Source: an uncultured virus (IMG/VR IMGVR_UViG_3300027877_000003) (lineage: Duplodnaviria; Heunggongvirae; Uroviricota; Caudoviricetes). Taken from it: DNA of 64,000 nucleotides. The stretch is from the IMG/VR virus record IMGVR_UViG_3300027877_000003, one strand, 5' to 3'. Positions 35,015 through 46,012 of this stretch are shown here, piece by piece (the first letter of the stretch is position 1; the number at the start of each line of letters is the position of its first letter). Both the position numbers and the translations under genes were made by a program. The notes under the pieces are model-generated. The model was not told the DNA's origin, did not search any database, and saw nothing but the letters and a program-made list of their open reading frames with translations.

Positions 35015-38000
35015 GTGGCAGATAATATACAACAAAGTCTTACAGATATAGAAAAGTTAATCCAAGTCCTAACTGATCTTCAAGGAAAATTGGACAGCAC
35101 TTCCAAATCCTTTGAGAAATTGGATAATTTAATTAAGCAGCTTGGAACAGTTACCCAAGCTACTTCTGGACTTGCTAGATTAGCTGAACAAGCCCAAAAA
35201 CTCACATCGGCTATAGAAACTGGTGCTGGTGGAAGAGTACGCATGGGAGGATTTGGGCGTATTAATTTAGAGAGAATATTGGGAGAAGCTGGAGTACCTC
35301 ATCCATCTCAATTAGCTCCTCCAGCATTAGTTCCAGTACAAGATAAACAAGTAGGTACTCAAGCTAATGCAATGGATCAGCTTAAAGCTAAACTTGAAAG
35401 CTATGGATTAACTGCTGAAACCGTAACTAAAATTATGGAAAAGGCTGGACAATCTATGGAGAAATTTGGTAGTGTTAGTCTAAGAGAAGGTAAATCTGGA
35501 CTTGATACTATTACAGTTTCTTTTAGAAATTCAGCAGATGCAGCCGTAAGTTTTTCTAAATCAGTAGATCATGCTACGGGTTCTTTAGTGGAATTGGGTC
35601 AGGCGACTAGTGCTAAAGCTATAAATCCAATAACTCAGTTATCCAGAGGCTTAGAACAGGCTGGAATGTCTTTAGAGCAGAGAAGAGGATTCCTTAAAGA
35701 ATTAAGTGGATTGACCGATCTCTCTAAAGTTCAAGGTGTGTCTAGTGTTAGAGTAGAGCCAGGATTAAAAGTTGAGGGCATAGAGGGAGAATTTACAAAA
35801 CTTTCAGGAACAATAAAAGCTGCTGAAGGTATTCTAATTCCTTTTAATAAAGTAGTCTCAGAAACTGGACAGGTATTTAATCAACTTCCTAAAGCTATAC
35901 AAGCATCCAGTGTATCTATGGAGAATCTTACTAAAGCTTTGGGGGGAAGTATAGATGTTTCTAATAAAGCTTTACAAATGGCTCAAAAATATGGATTTGC
36001 TCTAGAGCATTTAAAGACAGCATCTACAGAAGGTTCTACTGGAATTACTAGATTAAACTTTTCTATGGAAGCTGGTGAGGGAGTATATAAAAAATTAAGC
36101 TTAGTTGTAGATAAATTTGGAAATGTATTAACTGATACTCAAAAAAGATTTAGAGGCTTTGCAGAAGGGATAGTTAGAAATATTGGTGAGGCCTTTAAAT
36201 GGACTGTGGCTATTAGTGCTATTTATGCTCCACTTAGAAAACTTCAAGATTTAGTAGAAACTTCTATTAAGAATGAAGCAGAATTAGCCAACATTGGAGT
36301 TATCTTAGGAAAAGGTCAAGAGGAGTTAGGAGCAGTATTTAATTCTGCGGCAGAAGCGGCAGCGGCTACTGGTGAAAATATCAGCGGTGTTTTGGAAGGA
36401 TATGTTCAGGCTTATAGAGCTACTGGTAATATTAGAGGAGAAGCAGCTAGAGCGGCTGTAGCTCAACAATTACTTGTAGACTCTTTGGTGCTTTCTAAAT
36501 TATCTGCTTTAGATCAAGCCGGAGCTATGGATACTTTAGTAGGCGCTTTGAACCAAGTGGGTTTAGGTTTAGATGAAGGTGTTGTATTATTAGATAAATG
36601 GGTAGCAGTTTCTAAAAGAGCTAATGTTGATATTGCCACATTGGCTGAATCCTTTGCCATTACTTCTACCAGTGCTGAAAATGCAGGGCTTACTTTTGAT
36701 GAATTAAATGGCATTATTGCTACTGTAGCTGAAAATACTACATTGTCTGCTACTGAAGCTGGTAATGCTGTTAGAGCATTTATTTCCGGTATCCAAACTG
36801 GAAAAGCTAAAGATACTTTAGGAGAGTTTGGTATATCGGCTGTAGATGCGTTTGGAAAGGCCAGAGATTTTATGGATGTTATGGAAGACATAGCAACCCT
36901 AAGAGTCGAGGGAATGATAGATTCTGCTCAATTAAATAAAATTGGCGAGGCTTTGGGTGGTGGTGCTAGACGTGGAGCACAGTATGTTGCCTTTCTTGAG
37001 AACTTAGGCAGAGTTCAAGAGATAGCCGCCATTTCTGCTAATGCTCAAGGAGATGCTTACGATGCTGTTGCAATTCAATTAACAACTGCTCAAACTGCAC
37101 TTACTGAATTAAATAATTCATTTCAAATTTTAGCACAAACTGTTGGTGGAGAAGGAGGGGTTCTTTCTATTTTCAAGTTTCTATTGGACGTGTCTAAAGG
37201 AATTGTTGGTGCTTTAACTGAGATGACCAAGGCTTTAGGAAGCCTAACTCCTCTCTTAACTATGGGAGGAGGAATATTAGCTTATGCCGGAGTTAAGGGA
37301 AGACTTACAAAACCAGTAGGAGCTATTGGAAGTTTTGCTGGCGGTATGGCTGAAAGAATGTTTGGTTCTACTATAGGAGTTCCTGGGGGAATAGGAGGAA
37401 TTGGAGGAATTCCTGTCGGAGAAACAGTGTCTAGAGGAATAGTTCAAAATGCCCCTGCTATTGGTGTTGGAATTGCTACAGCAATTCAAGCGGCTATGAA
37501 CATTGCTGAAAAAGATTATGAAGGACTCTTTGGCCAGGTTATTGGTGCTGCGTTTGGAGCAGTTGTTGGTGGGCCTTATGGTGCGCTTATTGGATCTGTT
37601 ATTGGAGATACGTTTGCTAATACAGTTTTTGGATATGAAACTGAATTTGCTGATTTCTTTAAGAAAGCTATAGTAGAGGAAAAACCTCCAACAGAAGAAA
37701 CTCCAGAGGAAAAAAGAGCTAGAGAACTTAGAGAAAAACAAACTGAATTAACCACTAAAGCTTTTAGTATATTAGGAGGGGGAATTCCCCAATTGGGACA
37801 AGGTACGGCATTTATTGAATCAAAATTAAGACCTGCTTTAGTTCCTTTCTTTGAAAACCTAGCTAAAAAGTATAATATTCCTTTCAGCCCAAAGAGTCCT
37901 ATTGCTCAGGGAACTTACGCCCAAGGGGTTTCTCCAGCAGCAATGGCAACTCAATTATTAAAAGAAGAGATTCCAATATTAATTGCTCAAGGAGAAGTGG

Positions 38001-39892
38001 AAAAGGCTGAGGAAATTAGAAATATACTTAAAGATATGGAAGGAACTTATGAAGAAATTACTTCAGGTGCTCAAACAATGGAAGGTGGAGCATTTGCTGG
38101 AACTTTCTTTGGTAAAGAATCTTCACAGAATTTTAAACAATACGGAAGTGATGTAAATAAAACCATTGCTCAATTAACAGAAGATATGTATGATTTGTTA
38201 AATGCTCAAGAAATTACTTCTAAAGCATTTAATGATTTCCAAAGCAATGTTTCTAATAAAGGATTAACAATCATAGAGGTATATACAGCTATGGGAGATG
38301 CTGCTAGAGCATTACCAGATTCTTTACAGCAAACTACTTATGCTTTAGCTTATGCTTCTGAAGAGCAAAAAGAAAGAATTTTGGGACTAAAAAGTTCTAT
38401 TGGTGAATTAATAAATGAAATAGAAAAATTAAGACAAGCCGGACAAACTGCTACACTTCCAAACTTAGAGAAAGAATTAGCTGGGTATCAGCAAGAACTG
38501 ACAGACTTTATCAGTGGTATGTACGAAGCTAGGAGAGCGTTAGAGATTCAAAATGCTTTACAAGTTCCTTTAGAAATAGATGTATCTTCTATGGAAGACT
38601 TTAATCTAGTTGTTGCCGAGGCAATGGCATTAGCAAAGGTACAAATTCAGGAACAAATAAAATTAGGACTCTTACCAGATGATACTACCGTAGAAGAAGT
38701 ATTGGCTACCTTTGAAGAAATCTTTATAAAAATAGGAGATATAGCCTATACTACTCTAAAGATTGATCCAGCATTTCTAAAAGAAGCTTATAAATTAGCA
38801 GAAGCGGCTGGAAGGATTACAGTTCCTGAAGAACCAGGAAGAATACAGATTAAACAGTTTGATACTACTCGTGCAGCTTTTGAGGCTGCCTATGACAAAA
38901 TGTTTAATTTTATTAAAAATAGTTTTCCGGATTGGCAACCAGATATACAAACTATCGGTGCAATCTTTACAGATGGAACTGCTACACTTCACTTAGATAA
39001 TCTTATTATGCAGTTAGCTATGCAGGAACTAATTGATGTTAATAAGAAACAATTAGAGGGCGTTTATAATCTTCCCGCTGATTCTAGTTTCTTTGTTCCT
39101 TTCCAGGGGTATAAACTTGGATTTGGTGAAGGGGGTACTGGAGGAGCAGCTTCAGATTTGAGTGCTGCGGCAGACGAACTTAGTGATGCCGCTAAAGCAA
39201 TTAGAGATAGTATTCAGCCTACAGAAACATTAACAGAAGTTATGAGAAGCTGGTTTGGTACTGGATTGAATACTGTTCTTCCTCAACCTACCGAGGAGAA
39301 AACTTTTGCGGAGATCGCTAAAGAGTGGTTTGGTGCTCAATTAAATACAGTTCTACCAGAACCCGGATTTCCACAAAAAGATGAATTAGCCACTTCTGAA
39401 TATGAACAAGGATTTTTTGCAACCCTCGCTGAAGATTTTAAGAATTTCTTTACTACTACTTTACCAGGATTAATTGGAAAAACAGGTACAGAGTTGAGTG
39501 AAGGATTTGAAAATGATCCTTGGAATCGTAACTATGATCCAGAGGCAGAAACTTCTTTAGAATCTTTTATAAATAGATTAACTTCTGCATTAAAATCCCT
39601 TCTTCCAGAAGAAACTCCAGATTTTATGAAGCCCCCGGATTTTCTTAATCCTTTTGGAGATAATCAAGGAACTTCTATATTTCAAAATTTAGGAGCGGCT
39701 ATTGATATTCTAAATCAAAAAGCTCAAACTATAGCTGGATTTACTACAAACTTAAAAATAGACAGTAATACAACTGTTCAATTAGTTGTTGATGGTAGAA
39801 CACTTGCCACCATTATTAAACCTTATCTATATGCAGATATGATCAGGTTTGAAGCTACTGCTGGAAGTGTTACAAGAAACGTTGTTGTATAA
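35015..39892 (+). CDS. Tape measure protein
   Basis: 1625 aa, Ala/Gly/Leu-rich helical; TP901-like core (LDKWVAVSK, GLTFDELNGIIATV, AGNAVRAFI); ends VQLVVDGRTLA. Confidence 0.9.
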   Translation: MADNIQQSLTDIEKLIQVLTDLQGKLDSTSKSFEKLDNLIKQLGTVTQATSGLARLAEQAQKLTSAIETGAGGRVRMGGFGRINLERILGEAGVPHPSQLAPPALVPVQDKQVGTQANAMDQLKAKLESYGLTAETVTKIMEKAGQSMEKFGSVSLREGKSGLDTITVSFRNSADAAVSFSKSVDHATGSLVELGQATSAKAINPITQLSRGLEQAGMSLEQRRGFLKELSGLTDLSKVQGVSSVRVEPGLKVEGIEGEFTKLSGTIKAAEGILIPFNKVVSETGQVFNQLPKAIQASSVSMENLTKALGGSIDVSNKALQMAQKYGFALEHLKTASTEGSTGITRLNFSMEAGEGVYKKLSLVVDKFGNVLTDTQKRFRGFAEGIVRNIGEAFKWTVAISAIYAPLRKLQDLVETSIKNEAELANIGVILGKGQEELGAVFNSAAEAAAATGENISGVLEGYVQAYRATGNIRGEAARAAVAQQLLVDSLVLSKLSALDQAGAMDTLVGALNQVGLGLDEGVVLLDKWVAVSKRANVDIATLAESFAITSTSAENAGLTFDELNGIIATVAENTTLSATEAGNAVRAFISGIQTGKAKDTLGEFGISAVDAFGKARDFMDVMEDIATLRVEGMIDSAQLNKIGEALGGGARRGAQYVAFLENLGRVQEIAAISANAQGDAYDAVAIQLTTAQTALTELNNSFQILAQTVGGEGGVLSIFKFLLDVSKGIVGALTEMTKALGSLTPLLTMGGGILAYAGVKGRLTKPVGAIGSFAGGMAERMFGSTIGVPGGIGGIGGIPVGETVSRGIVQNAPAIGVGIATAIQAAMNIAEKDYEGLFGQVIGAAFGAVVGGPYGALIGSVIGDTFANTVFGYETEFADFFKKAIVEEKPPTEETPEEKRARELREKQTELTTKAFSILGGGIPQLGQGTAFIESKLRPALVPFFENLAKKYNIPFSPKSPIAQGTYAQGVSPAAMATQLLKEEIPILIAQGEVEKAEEIRNILKDMEGTYEEITSGAQTMEGGAFAGTFFGKESSQNFKQYGSDVNKTIAQLTEDMYDLLNAQEITSKAFNDFQSNVSNKGLTIIEVYTAMGDAARALPDSLQQTTYALAYASEEQKERILGLKSSIGELINEIEKLRQAGQTATLPNLEKELAGYQQELTDFISGMYEARRALEIQNALQVPLEIDVSSMEDFNLVVAEAMALAKVQIQEQIKLGLLPDDTTVEEVLATFEEIFIKIGDIAYTTLKIDPAFLKEAYKLAEAAGRITVPEEPGRIQIKQFDTTRAAFEAAYDKMFNFIKNSFPDWQPDIQTIGAIFTDGTATLHLDNLIMQLAMQELIDVNKKQLEGVYNLPADSSFFVPFQGYKLGFGEGGTGGAASDLSAAADELSDAAKAIRDSIQPTETLTEVMRSWFGTGLNTVLPQPTEEKTFAEIAKEWFGAQLNTVLPEPGFPQKDELATSEYEQGFFATLAEDFKNFFTTTLPGLIGKTGTELSEGFENDPWNRNYDPEAETSLESFINRLTSALKSLLPEETPDFMKPPDFLNPFGDNQGTSIFQNLGAAIDILNQKAQTIAGFTTNLKIDSNTTVQLVVDGRTLATIIKPYLYADMIRFEATAGSVTRNVVV

Positions 39893-39907
39893 TATAAAGA
39901 GGTATTT

Positions 39908-40273
39908 ATGGCTGATTGGTCTTATGGTGGCGTAAGAATTTACGTACAAGATTTTACTACAGATACAGCTCAATTAATTGCAAGATTAAATCCTGTAGGT
40001 GGAGGAACTATTTTGCATATATTTGGTGATGATGATCCGATATTAAAGGTAAATGGCTATGTAGTAGGAATGTCCGGATTATTAGCATTAGTAGGATTTG
40101 CTGGAGATGCAGTAACACATACATTTACAAATCCCTATGGGGGCGATCATGAGTATTTATTAAGCAAAATAACCACTAAACTACAGAGGATATTTTGCCA
40201 AACTCTAGATCAAACCCAAGCTGAGGACGCTCCTGTATATCTAGTAGACTTGGAGTTATTTATAGATGAGTAA
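39908..40273 (+). CDS. Distal tail (Dit)-like protein (putative)
   Basis: 121-aa beta-rich gene directly after the tape measure. Call is positional. Confidence 0.45.
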   Translation: MADWSYGGVRIYVQDFTTDTAQLIARLNPVGGGTILHIFGDDDPILKVNGYVVGMSGLLALVGFAGDAVTHTFTNPYGGDHEYLLSKITTKLQRIFCQTLDQTQAEDAPVYLVDLELFIDE

Positions 40274-41258
40274 AACTTTATATGGAACGGCTACAGGAAT
40301 CTCAAATATTATAGCTATGCAGGTTTCTACTGGACATTCTTTTAGCACATCTACAGCATTTGTAAAATGTATTAATCCTTCTATTGGTATTGGGGATTCA
40401 ATAGAAATAGATTTAGGTTATTCTACTAACCATAAAAAAATATTCCAAGGATATGTTAAAACAATAGTTAGAGAAGTTCCAGAAAATGTCTATACTATAA
40501 CAGCTAAAGACGAATTGATTAGAGCGGTTGATTTTTATATAGTTCCCACAAATCCAGAAGATTCTTTTAAGAGGCACAATATCTCTGCTGAAGATTTAGT
40601 ACACGATATATTGGATTTAGCTGGTATTACAAATTATACATATGAAGCTACTAGTTTTACATTCGCAACTAAAAGTGGGAATGATGTAGAGGTAAAGTTA
40701 ACTTCTTCTTATGATTTTGCTAAAATGATTGCAGATCTTTTAGCATGGCATCTATGGTCGGATGAAAATGGATTGATTCATTTTGAGAATAGAAAGCCTC
40801 ATGTAATGACAGGAACTTCTGGACAACCCGGAGATGATGAAGCAGATGTTCCAATTACCACTATAGATGATTCTACAATTGTACAATTTAATTATGGAGA
40901 ATCTGATAGAGATTTAAGAAATAGAGTTGTAGTGCATGGAGCAGAAGGAATTTATGCAGAGGCAAGTGCAACTAGTATTTATCTGCCAGAAGGATTTTAT
41001 AAATCTATGGCTTTAGTTTCTCCTATAATAGATAATGAAGGCATGGCTCAAAGTGCCTGTGATTATAACTTAGAACTTTATAATAAGTTAACTGTTTCAT
41101 CTACAGTAACTTTGGAAGGGAATCCAGATTTAATTGCTAGAAATGTAATTACAGTGGATGAGGATTTTACTGGAACAAGTGGAGATTGGTATATTTATTT
41201 AGGTGAACATAGATGGGATCAAAATGGATATATTTGTAATTTGGAGTTACGACAATAA
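40266..41258 (+). CDS. Baseplate hub/Tal-like protein
   Basis: IGDSIEIDLGY..IFQGYV..ITAKD, LWSDENGLIHF, LRNRVVVHG, LEGNPDL..GDWYI. Confidence 0.7.
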   Translation: MSKTLYGTATGISNIIAMQVSTGHSFSTSTAFVKCINPSIGIGDSIEIDLGYSTNHKKIFQGYVKTIVREVPENVYTITAKDELIRAVDFYIVPTNPEDSFKRHNISAEDLVHDILDLAGITNYTYEATSFTFATKSGNDVEVKLTSSYDFAKMIADLLAWHLWSDENGLIHFENRKPHVMTGTSGQPGDDEADVPITTIDDSTIVQFNYGESDRDLRNRVVVHGAEGIYAEASATSIYLPEGFYKSMALVSPIIDNEGMAQSACDYNLELYNKLTVSSTVTLEGNPDLIARNVITVDEDFTGTSGDWYIYLGEHRWDQNGYICNLELRQ

Positions 41259-44200
41259 TGTTAACACTATCTGAAAATGTTGCTGTAATTCATAATAGTG
41301 TGGATATAACAAATAAAGTTATAAAGTATAGTAGAGATCATACTATCTGTAATGGAATAGCAACTTTAGAATTGGAAATTGAATGGAAAAGTAGTTTGGT
41401 TTTTCATCCTTGGGATGAAATAGTTATTTATGAGAATGGTGATAAGAAAGGAACTTTCTATGTAGACACAGTTGGAAAAGATGCTACAAGTGGTTTATTT
41501 TCTGTTACTTGTCAAGACAACTCTAAAAGAGCCAGCGATTATTTTATAACCGATTCCTATAATGTAGATGCAGTTACATATGCTGATTATTGGATAAGAT
41601 TATTTTTAGACGAAGCTGGAATAGATTATACATTTACTGAAGTAGATAGCGGAGCAATTATAGCTCCCAATTGTGGATTGGGATTTGATTCCGTACATAA
41701 TATTGTAATAGGATTATTACAACAAAGTGGTTGGTATATTTATTATAATCCAAACGGAAGAGCAATTATTGGACATCTAAACAAAAGCATTTCTTCAGCA
41801 GATCATTCAATTAATGATGCTAATATTCTAAATATAGTTAGAGAGAGGGACGATTCTAGATTAAGAAATAGAGCAGTTGTTTGGGGTAGTGCAGTTCCAG
41901 AATTAGGAACTTCTGTATTTGTAGATATTTCTATAAATTCTCCTTACGATATAGATTCAAATGATAAAAGAACAGTAGTTTTTGCTAGTGGTTCTTTGTA
42001 TGATTATGCCGAAGCTTTAGAAATAGCTCATCAAATGTTAAACGAATTTTCTGATATTAAGGATGAGAAATTAATTGTTTGTACCACTGATGCTGATATT
42101 AGAATCGGAGATGTTTTAAAAGTAGAATCTGCATATTGGAGTGGAAATGGATTAGTAACTGGAATAGAAGCATCGGTATCTAATGAAGGATTAGTTTATA
42201 CAGTTACATTAGATGAAAAGTGTCCTAGACTTTTTGCTTATTTTGGATACTATCCTCCTATTCCTTCTGGTGGTTGGGTTTATACTGGACATTGGGGAGA
42301 TGGAATTTGGAAGAAACATACAGAGAGTCCCACTTGGTACGATAGTTCAACGGGATTGGAAAATTTATTTGTTAAGGATCTTTTCATTCAGAATGAAGTC
42401 TTTGCTGCAATAACCGATGACGGATATTTATACACTAGATCTTCTGAAAACGGATCTTGGAGTAAATATAGTCACGGATCATTAAGAGATTCTTTAGGAA
42501 TTTCATATACTGAAGATCAAATAAAAGCAGAGGCTTGCTCTATTAATGACATGGATAACATTATAGCTGGATATAATACAGTTTCTGGAGTTATTATTTC
42601 TGGTTATAAATCTTGGGTATTAGAATTAAATTCAAATCAAGATTTAATTAAAGCAGAAGAAGTTACTATAAGTGGAGGAGCTTTTATAATTGATTTAGAA
42701 TCAACTGGAGAGTATAATATTATCTCTGTAGAATCTCCCGGAGCTATCAGTGGGTATGTTTATGAAGGGATTCAAACTTGGTTTAATTATGGAATTGGAA
42801 ATAGATCTATTCAGTATTTTGAAACAGCGGGAAACTCGACTCCTTTTTACAACGCTATGGGGCCAGACAGTCAAGCTTTTACATATGGAACTGATTATGG
42901 TCATTCTGATATTTCTAGAACTTTTGGCCATACAGGAGATATTGTTCCATCCCCCTTAATATATGATAATTTTAAAAATTATTGGTATGCTACAAATATA
43001 GGTATAAGTAAATTTGAAGTGGATAATGATGGAACTACTCCGATAGTAACAAACTGGGCATTTACTGAACCTTCAGAAGTAGCTGCGGCTAGAGCAGCCG
43101 ATTATACTGTAAGAGTAGCTATAAATCAAAGATCATCTAGTATATTTGATTTAGTTTATTTTTGGTATTATGAAGCTGGTTATGAAGACGGTAGATTTAA
43201 ATTTTGTCATTATACTTATACTTTAGGAAATTCTTCTACTACTAAACATACAGAATATGAATTAGATCTAGAATCTGGATATCCTTATTTAGCTTGTGCA
43301 GCAATTGTTGGAAATAATTTTGTAGTTCCATATTGGGAAACACATCCTACGAATGCTAAGAAAATGAGTGTTATTGTGTATAATTTAACTTCATCTTCTC
43401 TTACTGATTCAGCATGGATAGATTTATCTTTAGAGCCAGATCTAGGTTGGATTGATACAGCTTTTATGTTTGCAAATGATGGAGATGGAATTATTTTAGT
43501 TGCTGTTTATACTATTCCACACAATGTACACTGGACTTGTTTTATTGTTCCTTATTATTATTATCACGCAGAAAGTATGGATGTTTATGCAGAAACTTGG
43601 AGAATAGATAGATATGGATCTACATCAGCTGGTATACATCTTTTAGAACATTTTGATACAATTTACCCTGATCATGGACTTTCAGGTGGAACTGTACTTT
43701 TTGAGACTTGGGGTACATATGGAGCAGGGGCAGTAGATGTATTAACGAATAAAGTTTATGCAAGACTTTCGATTGCTATTGGAGATGATGATGGTTGTAC
43801 AGGTTCAGATTGGCATCATGGCAGAAGTATAGTTCTTGAATTGCCTAGTTGTTCATTTGTTTATAGAAGTGTTTTTGAACATCCCAATGAACCTGGATAT
43901 GTAGTTTATCCAGATGAGTATGGAATAGATTGGTATTACTTTGATGGGTCAGAATCAGGATCTTCAATAGTTATAAATCATCCGATACATTCAAGATTTA
44001 GAGGGCCATATTGGATGACGCAGATTTGGTTTCCTGAATATTTTGGAGGAAATCATTTTTGGTCAATAATAGAACTTCCTGGTTATAATGTTATAAAACA
44101 TGGTACAGGAGATCCACCTGACGAAGTATTTACAGATCTAATTGGAAGTCAGATGGAAGATATTTTTAATGCTTGGTGGTTTAGTAATTATCCTGGAATT

Positions 44201-44980
44201 CCATTTGATATTGATTATGTATCTAAGCATGTAGGAGCTGATAATTATTTTAGAAGTTTGAGTTGGAGTGGAACAGGAGCTTTTATGGGGCCTGTAGGAA
44301 ACGCTCTTGCTTTTAGAGGATCTAGTAGATGGGGACTTTCTACATATTCTATGGATTATATATATAATATTCCTCAAACCGGAATTTTTAAACATACATC
44401 AAGATCTCCTATTACGGGAGAAATTACGGCTTCCGATGCTTCTGAAGAACAAACTATGGGAGTTTTTGAAACTATTTTAAATACAGAAAAAAGATGTAAA
44501 GTAGAAATATCCAGTGGAGCGCCTACAGTTGTTTATAGTATTCCTGTTTCTGAATTAGACTTATCTAGTGAATTAGCTATAACGGTATCAAATGAAGTTG
44601 GATCGTTTTATACTCATAGTGATCCAAGATTGATTTATAATTCAAGAGTATTTGATTTAGAAGACCCAAGTTCTTTTCCTACTTTAAGTGGAACATTTGA
44701 ACCGGGAGATTTTCAAAGATTTATAGGAATTACAAATAATAATTTAGATGCTGTTCCTTTTGATTGTTCCACTCCTTGGGTAACAATAACCAGTGGAACA
44801 GGAATTATCAATCAAATGGAAACTTCTAACTATACTTATCCTGGGCCTTATATGTTTTATACAGTAAGTGGATTAGGACAATTTTTTCAAAAGAATCCTT
44901 ATGAATCTATTTGGAGAGATTATTCAGCAGGATTTCCTGAAAGCGATTGCACAATAATTAGAATGGATGATATAATATAA
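41258..44980 (+). CDS. Tail tip protein: N-terminal hub-like domain plus large beta-rich receptor-binding region
   Basis: First ~320 aa paralogous to the previous gene (LRNRAVVWG, IRIGDVLKV); the rest is Trp/Tyr/Gly-rich and propeller-like. Confidence 0.65.
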   Translation: MLTLSENVAVIHNSVDITNKVIKYSRDHTICNGIATLELEIEWKSSLVFHPWDEIVIYENGDKKGTFYVDTVGKDATSGLFSVTCQDNSKRASDYFITDSYNVDAVTYADYWIRLFLDEAGIDYTFTEVDSGAIIAPNCGLGFDSVHNIVIGLLQQSGWYIYYNPNGRAIIGHLNKSISSADHSINDANILNIVRERDDSRLRNRAVVWGSAVPELGTSVFVDISINSPYDIDSNDKRTVVFASGSLYDYAEALEIAHQMLNEFSDIKDEKLIVCTTDADIRIGDVLKVESAYWSGNGLVTGIEASVSNEGLVYTVTLDEKCPRLFAYFGYYPPIPSGGWVYTGHWGDGIWKKHTESPTWYDSSTGLENLFVKDLFIQNEVFAAITDDGYLYTRSSENGSWSKYSHGSLRDSLGISYTEDQIKAEACSINDMDNIIAGYNTVSGVIISGYKSWVLELNSNQDLIKAEEVTISGGAFIIDLESTGEYNIISVESPGAISGYVYEGIQTWFNYGIGNRSIQYFETAGNSTPFYNAMGPDSQAFTYGTDYGHSDISRTFGHTGDIVPSPLIYDNFKNYWYATNIGISKFEVDNDGTTPIVTNWAFTEPSEVAAARAADYTVRVAINQRSSSIFDLVYFWYYEAGYEDGRFKFCHYTYTLGNSSTTKHTEYELDLESGYPYLACAAIVGNNFVVPYWETHPTNAKKMSVIVYNLTSSSLTDSAWIDLSLEPDLGWIDTAFMFANDGDGIILVAVYTIPHNVHWTCFIVPYYYYHAESMDVYAETWRIDRYGSTSAGIHLLEHFDTIYPDHGLSGGTVLFETWGTYGAGAVDVLTNKVYARLSIAIGDDDGCTGSDWHHGRSIVLELPSCSFVYRSVFEHPNEPGYVVYPDEYGIDWYYFDGSESGSSIVINHPIHSRFRGPYWMTQIWFPEYFGGNHFWSIIELPGYNVIKHGTGDPPDEVFTDLIGSQMEDIFNAWWFSNYPGIPFDIDYVSKHVGADNYFRSLSWSGTGAFMGPVGNALAFRGSSRWGLSTYSMDYIYNIPQTGIFKHTSRSPITGEITASDASEEQTMGVFETILNTEKRCKVEISSGAPTVVYSIPVSELDLSSELAITVSNEVGSFYTHSDPRLIYNSRVFDLEDPSSFPTLSGTFEPGDFQRFIGITNNNLDAVPFDCSTPWVTITSGTGIINQMETSNYTYPGPYMFYTVSGLGQFFQKNPYESIWRDYSAGFPESDCTIIRMDDII

Positions 44981-46011
44981 TGTCACAATATGATTACAAT
45001 TTCTTTGAATATTTTGCCAACTTAGAAAGGAAATTAAAAGTTGCTCCTTTAAATTTAGGAGGGATTATTGGATCTGGTGGTGGAGGAGGCGCGCCCCCAG
45101 GAGGATTTATAGGAATGCTTCCTCAAACCAGAGTAACTTACGATTTAAGTGAAAATGCTCTAAGTGGATTCATCTCAGCTAATCCTTATGATGCCAGTGG
45201 AGTTTTAATTAGTGCCTCCTTACTAGATAATTTAAATCATATCAGATATAGATTAGAAGTATTAGAGGGCGGAGGAGGATCTACTGGAGTAGATATATAT
45301 AATGAAGATGTTCTAGTTTTGTCTAATATAACTGTATTAGATTTTCATGGAGCAGAAAGCGTAACTTATATCGGGGGAGGAGAAGTAGAAGTAGATGTCT
45401 CTAAAAGTTATTTAACTTTAACTGACACTCCAAATACATATACAGGGGAAGGAAACAAAATCGCTTCAGTAAAAGGTGATGAATCAGGGATGGAGTTTAT
45501 TACTATTTCTGGTGGAGTAGATACTTTTAAAGCTAAGATTAGTTCTGATGATACTACAGAAGATTTTCTAGAAAGTAAGATCATTGCTGGATCTAATATT
45601 ACAGTGACGGTATTAAATGATGGGGCATATGAAACTTTAGAAGTAGCTGCTTCTGGAGTCCAATTAATTAATAAATTTGTAATTACTATTGGACTCAGTG
45701 GAGACATTACTGAAGGAGTTGGAAGAGTTAGAATGTTAGCTCCTTATGATGGAGTTATTTCCGGAATATATTCTACAATTTATACTGTTTCAGTTAGTGG
45801 TAATTTAATTGCAGACATCAATAAAAACGGAGCTACTATTTTCACTAACCAAGCTAATAGAGTGACTATCTTGGAGGGAGAGAATAATGATCTAGCTAGA
45901 ATTCCAGATGTAACTTCTTTTAATATAAATGATGTATTTACGATGGATAGAGATTCTGTTCCTAGTGGAGTTACAGACTTAGTAGTTCAAATAAGATGTT
46001 ACGAGGTTTAA
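44980..46011 (+). CDS. Tail fibre/structural protein
   Basis: Gly-rich linkers, LTLTDTPNTYTGEG..VKGDESGMEF fibre-like motif, C-terminal DINKNGATIF domain. Confidence 0.55.
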   Translation: MSQYDYNFFEYFANLERKLKVAPLNLGGIIGSGGGGGAPPGGFIGMLPQTRVTYDLSENALSGFISANPYDASGVLISASLLDNLNHIRYRLEVLEGGGGSTGVDIYNEDVLVLSNITVLDFHGAESVTYIGGGEVEVDVSKSYLTLTDTPNTYTGEGNKIASVKGDESGMEFITISGGVDTFKAKISSDDTTEDFLESKIIAGSNITVTVLNDGAYETLEVAASGVQLINKFVITIGLSGDITEGVGRVRMLAPYDGVISGIYSTIYTVSVSGNLIADINKNGATIFTNQANRVTILEGENNDLARIPDVTSFNINDVFTMDRDSVPSGVTDLVVQIRCYEV

Positions 46012-46012
46012 C

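Noticed and set aside
39230..39365. Repeat WFG..LNTVLP(Q/E)P in the tape measure C-terminus
   Set aside because: Short aromatic-anchored repeats are normal for tape measure proteins.
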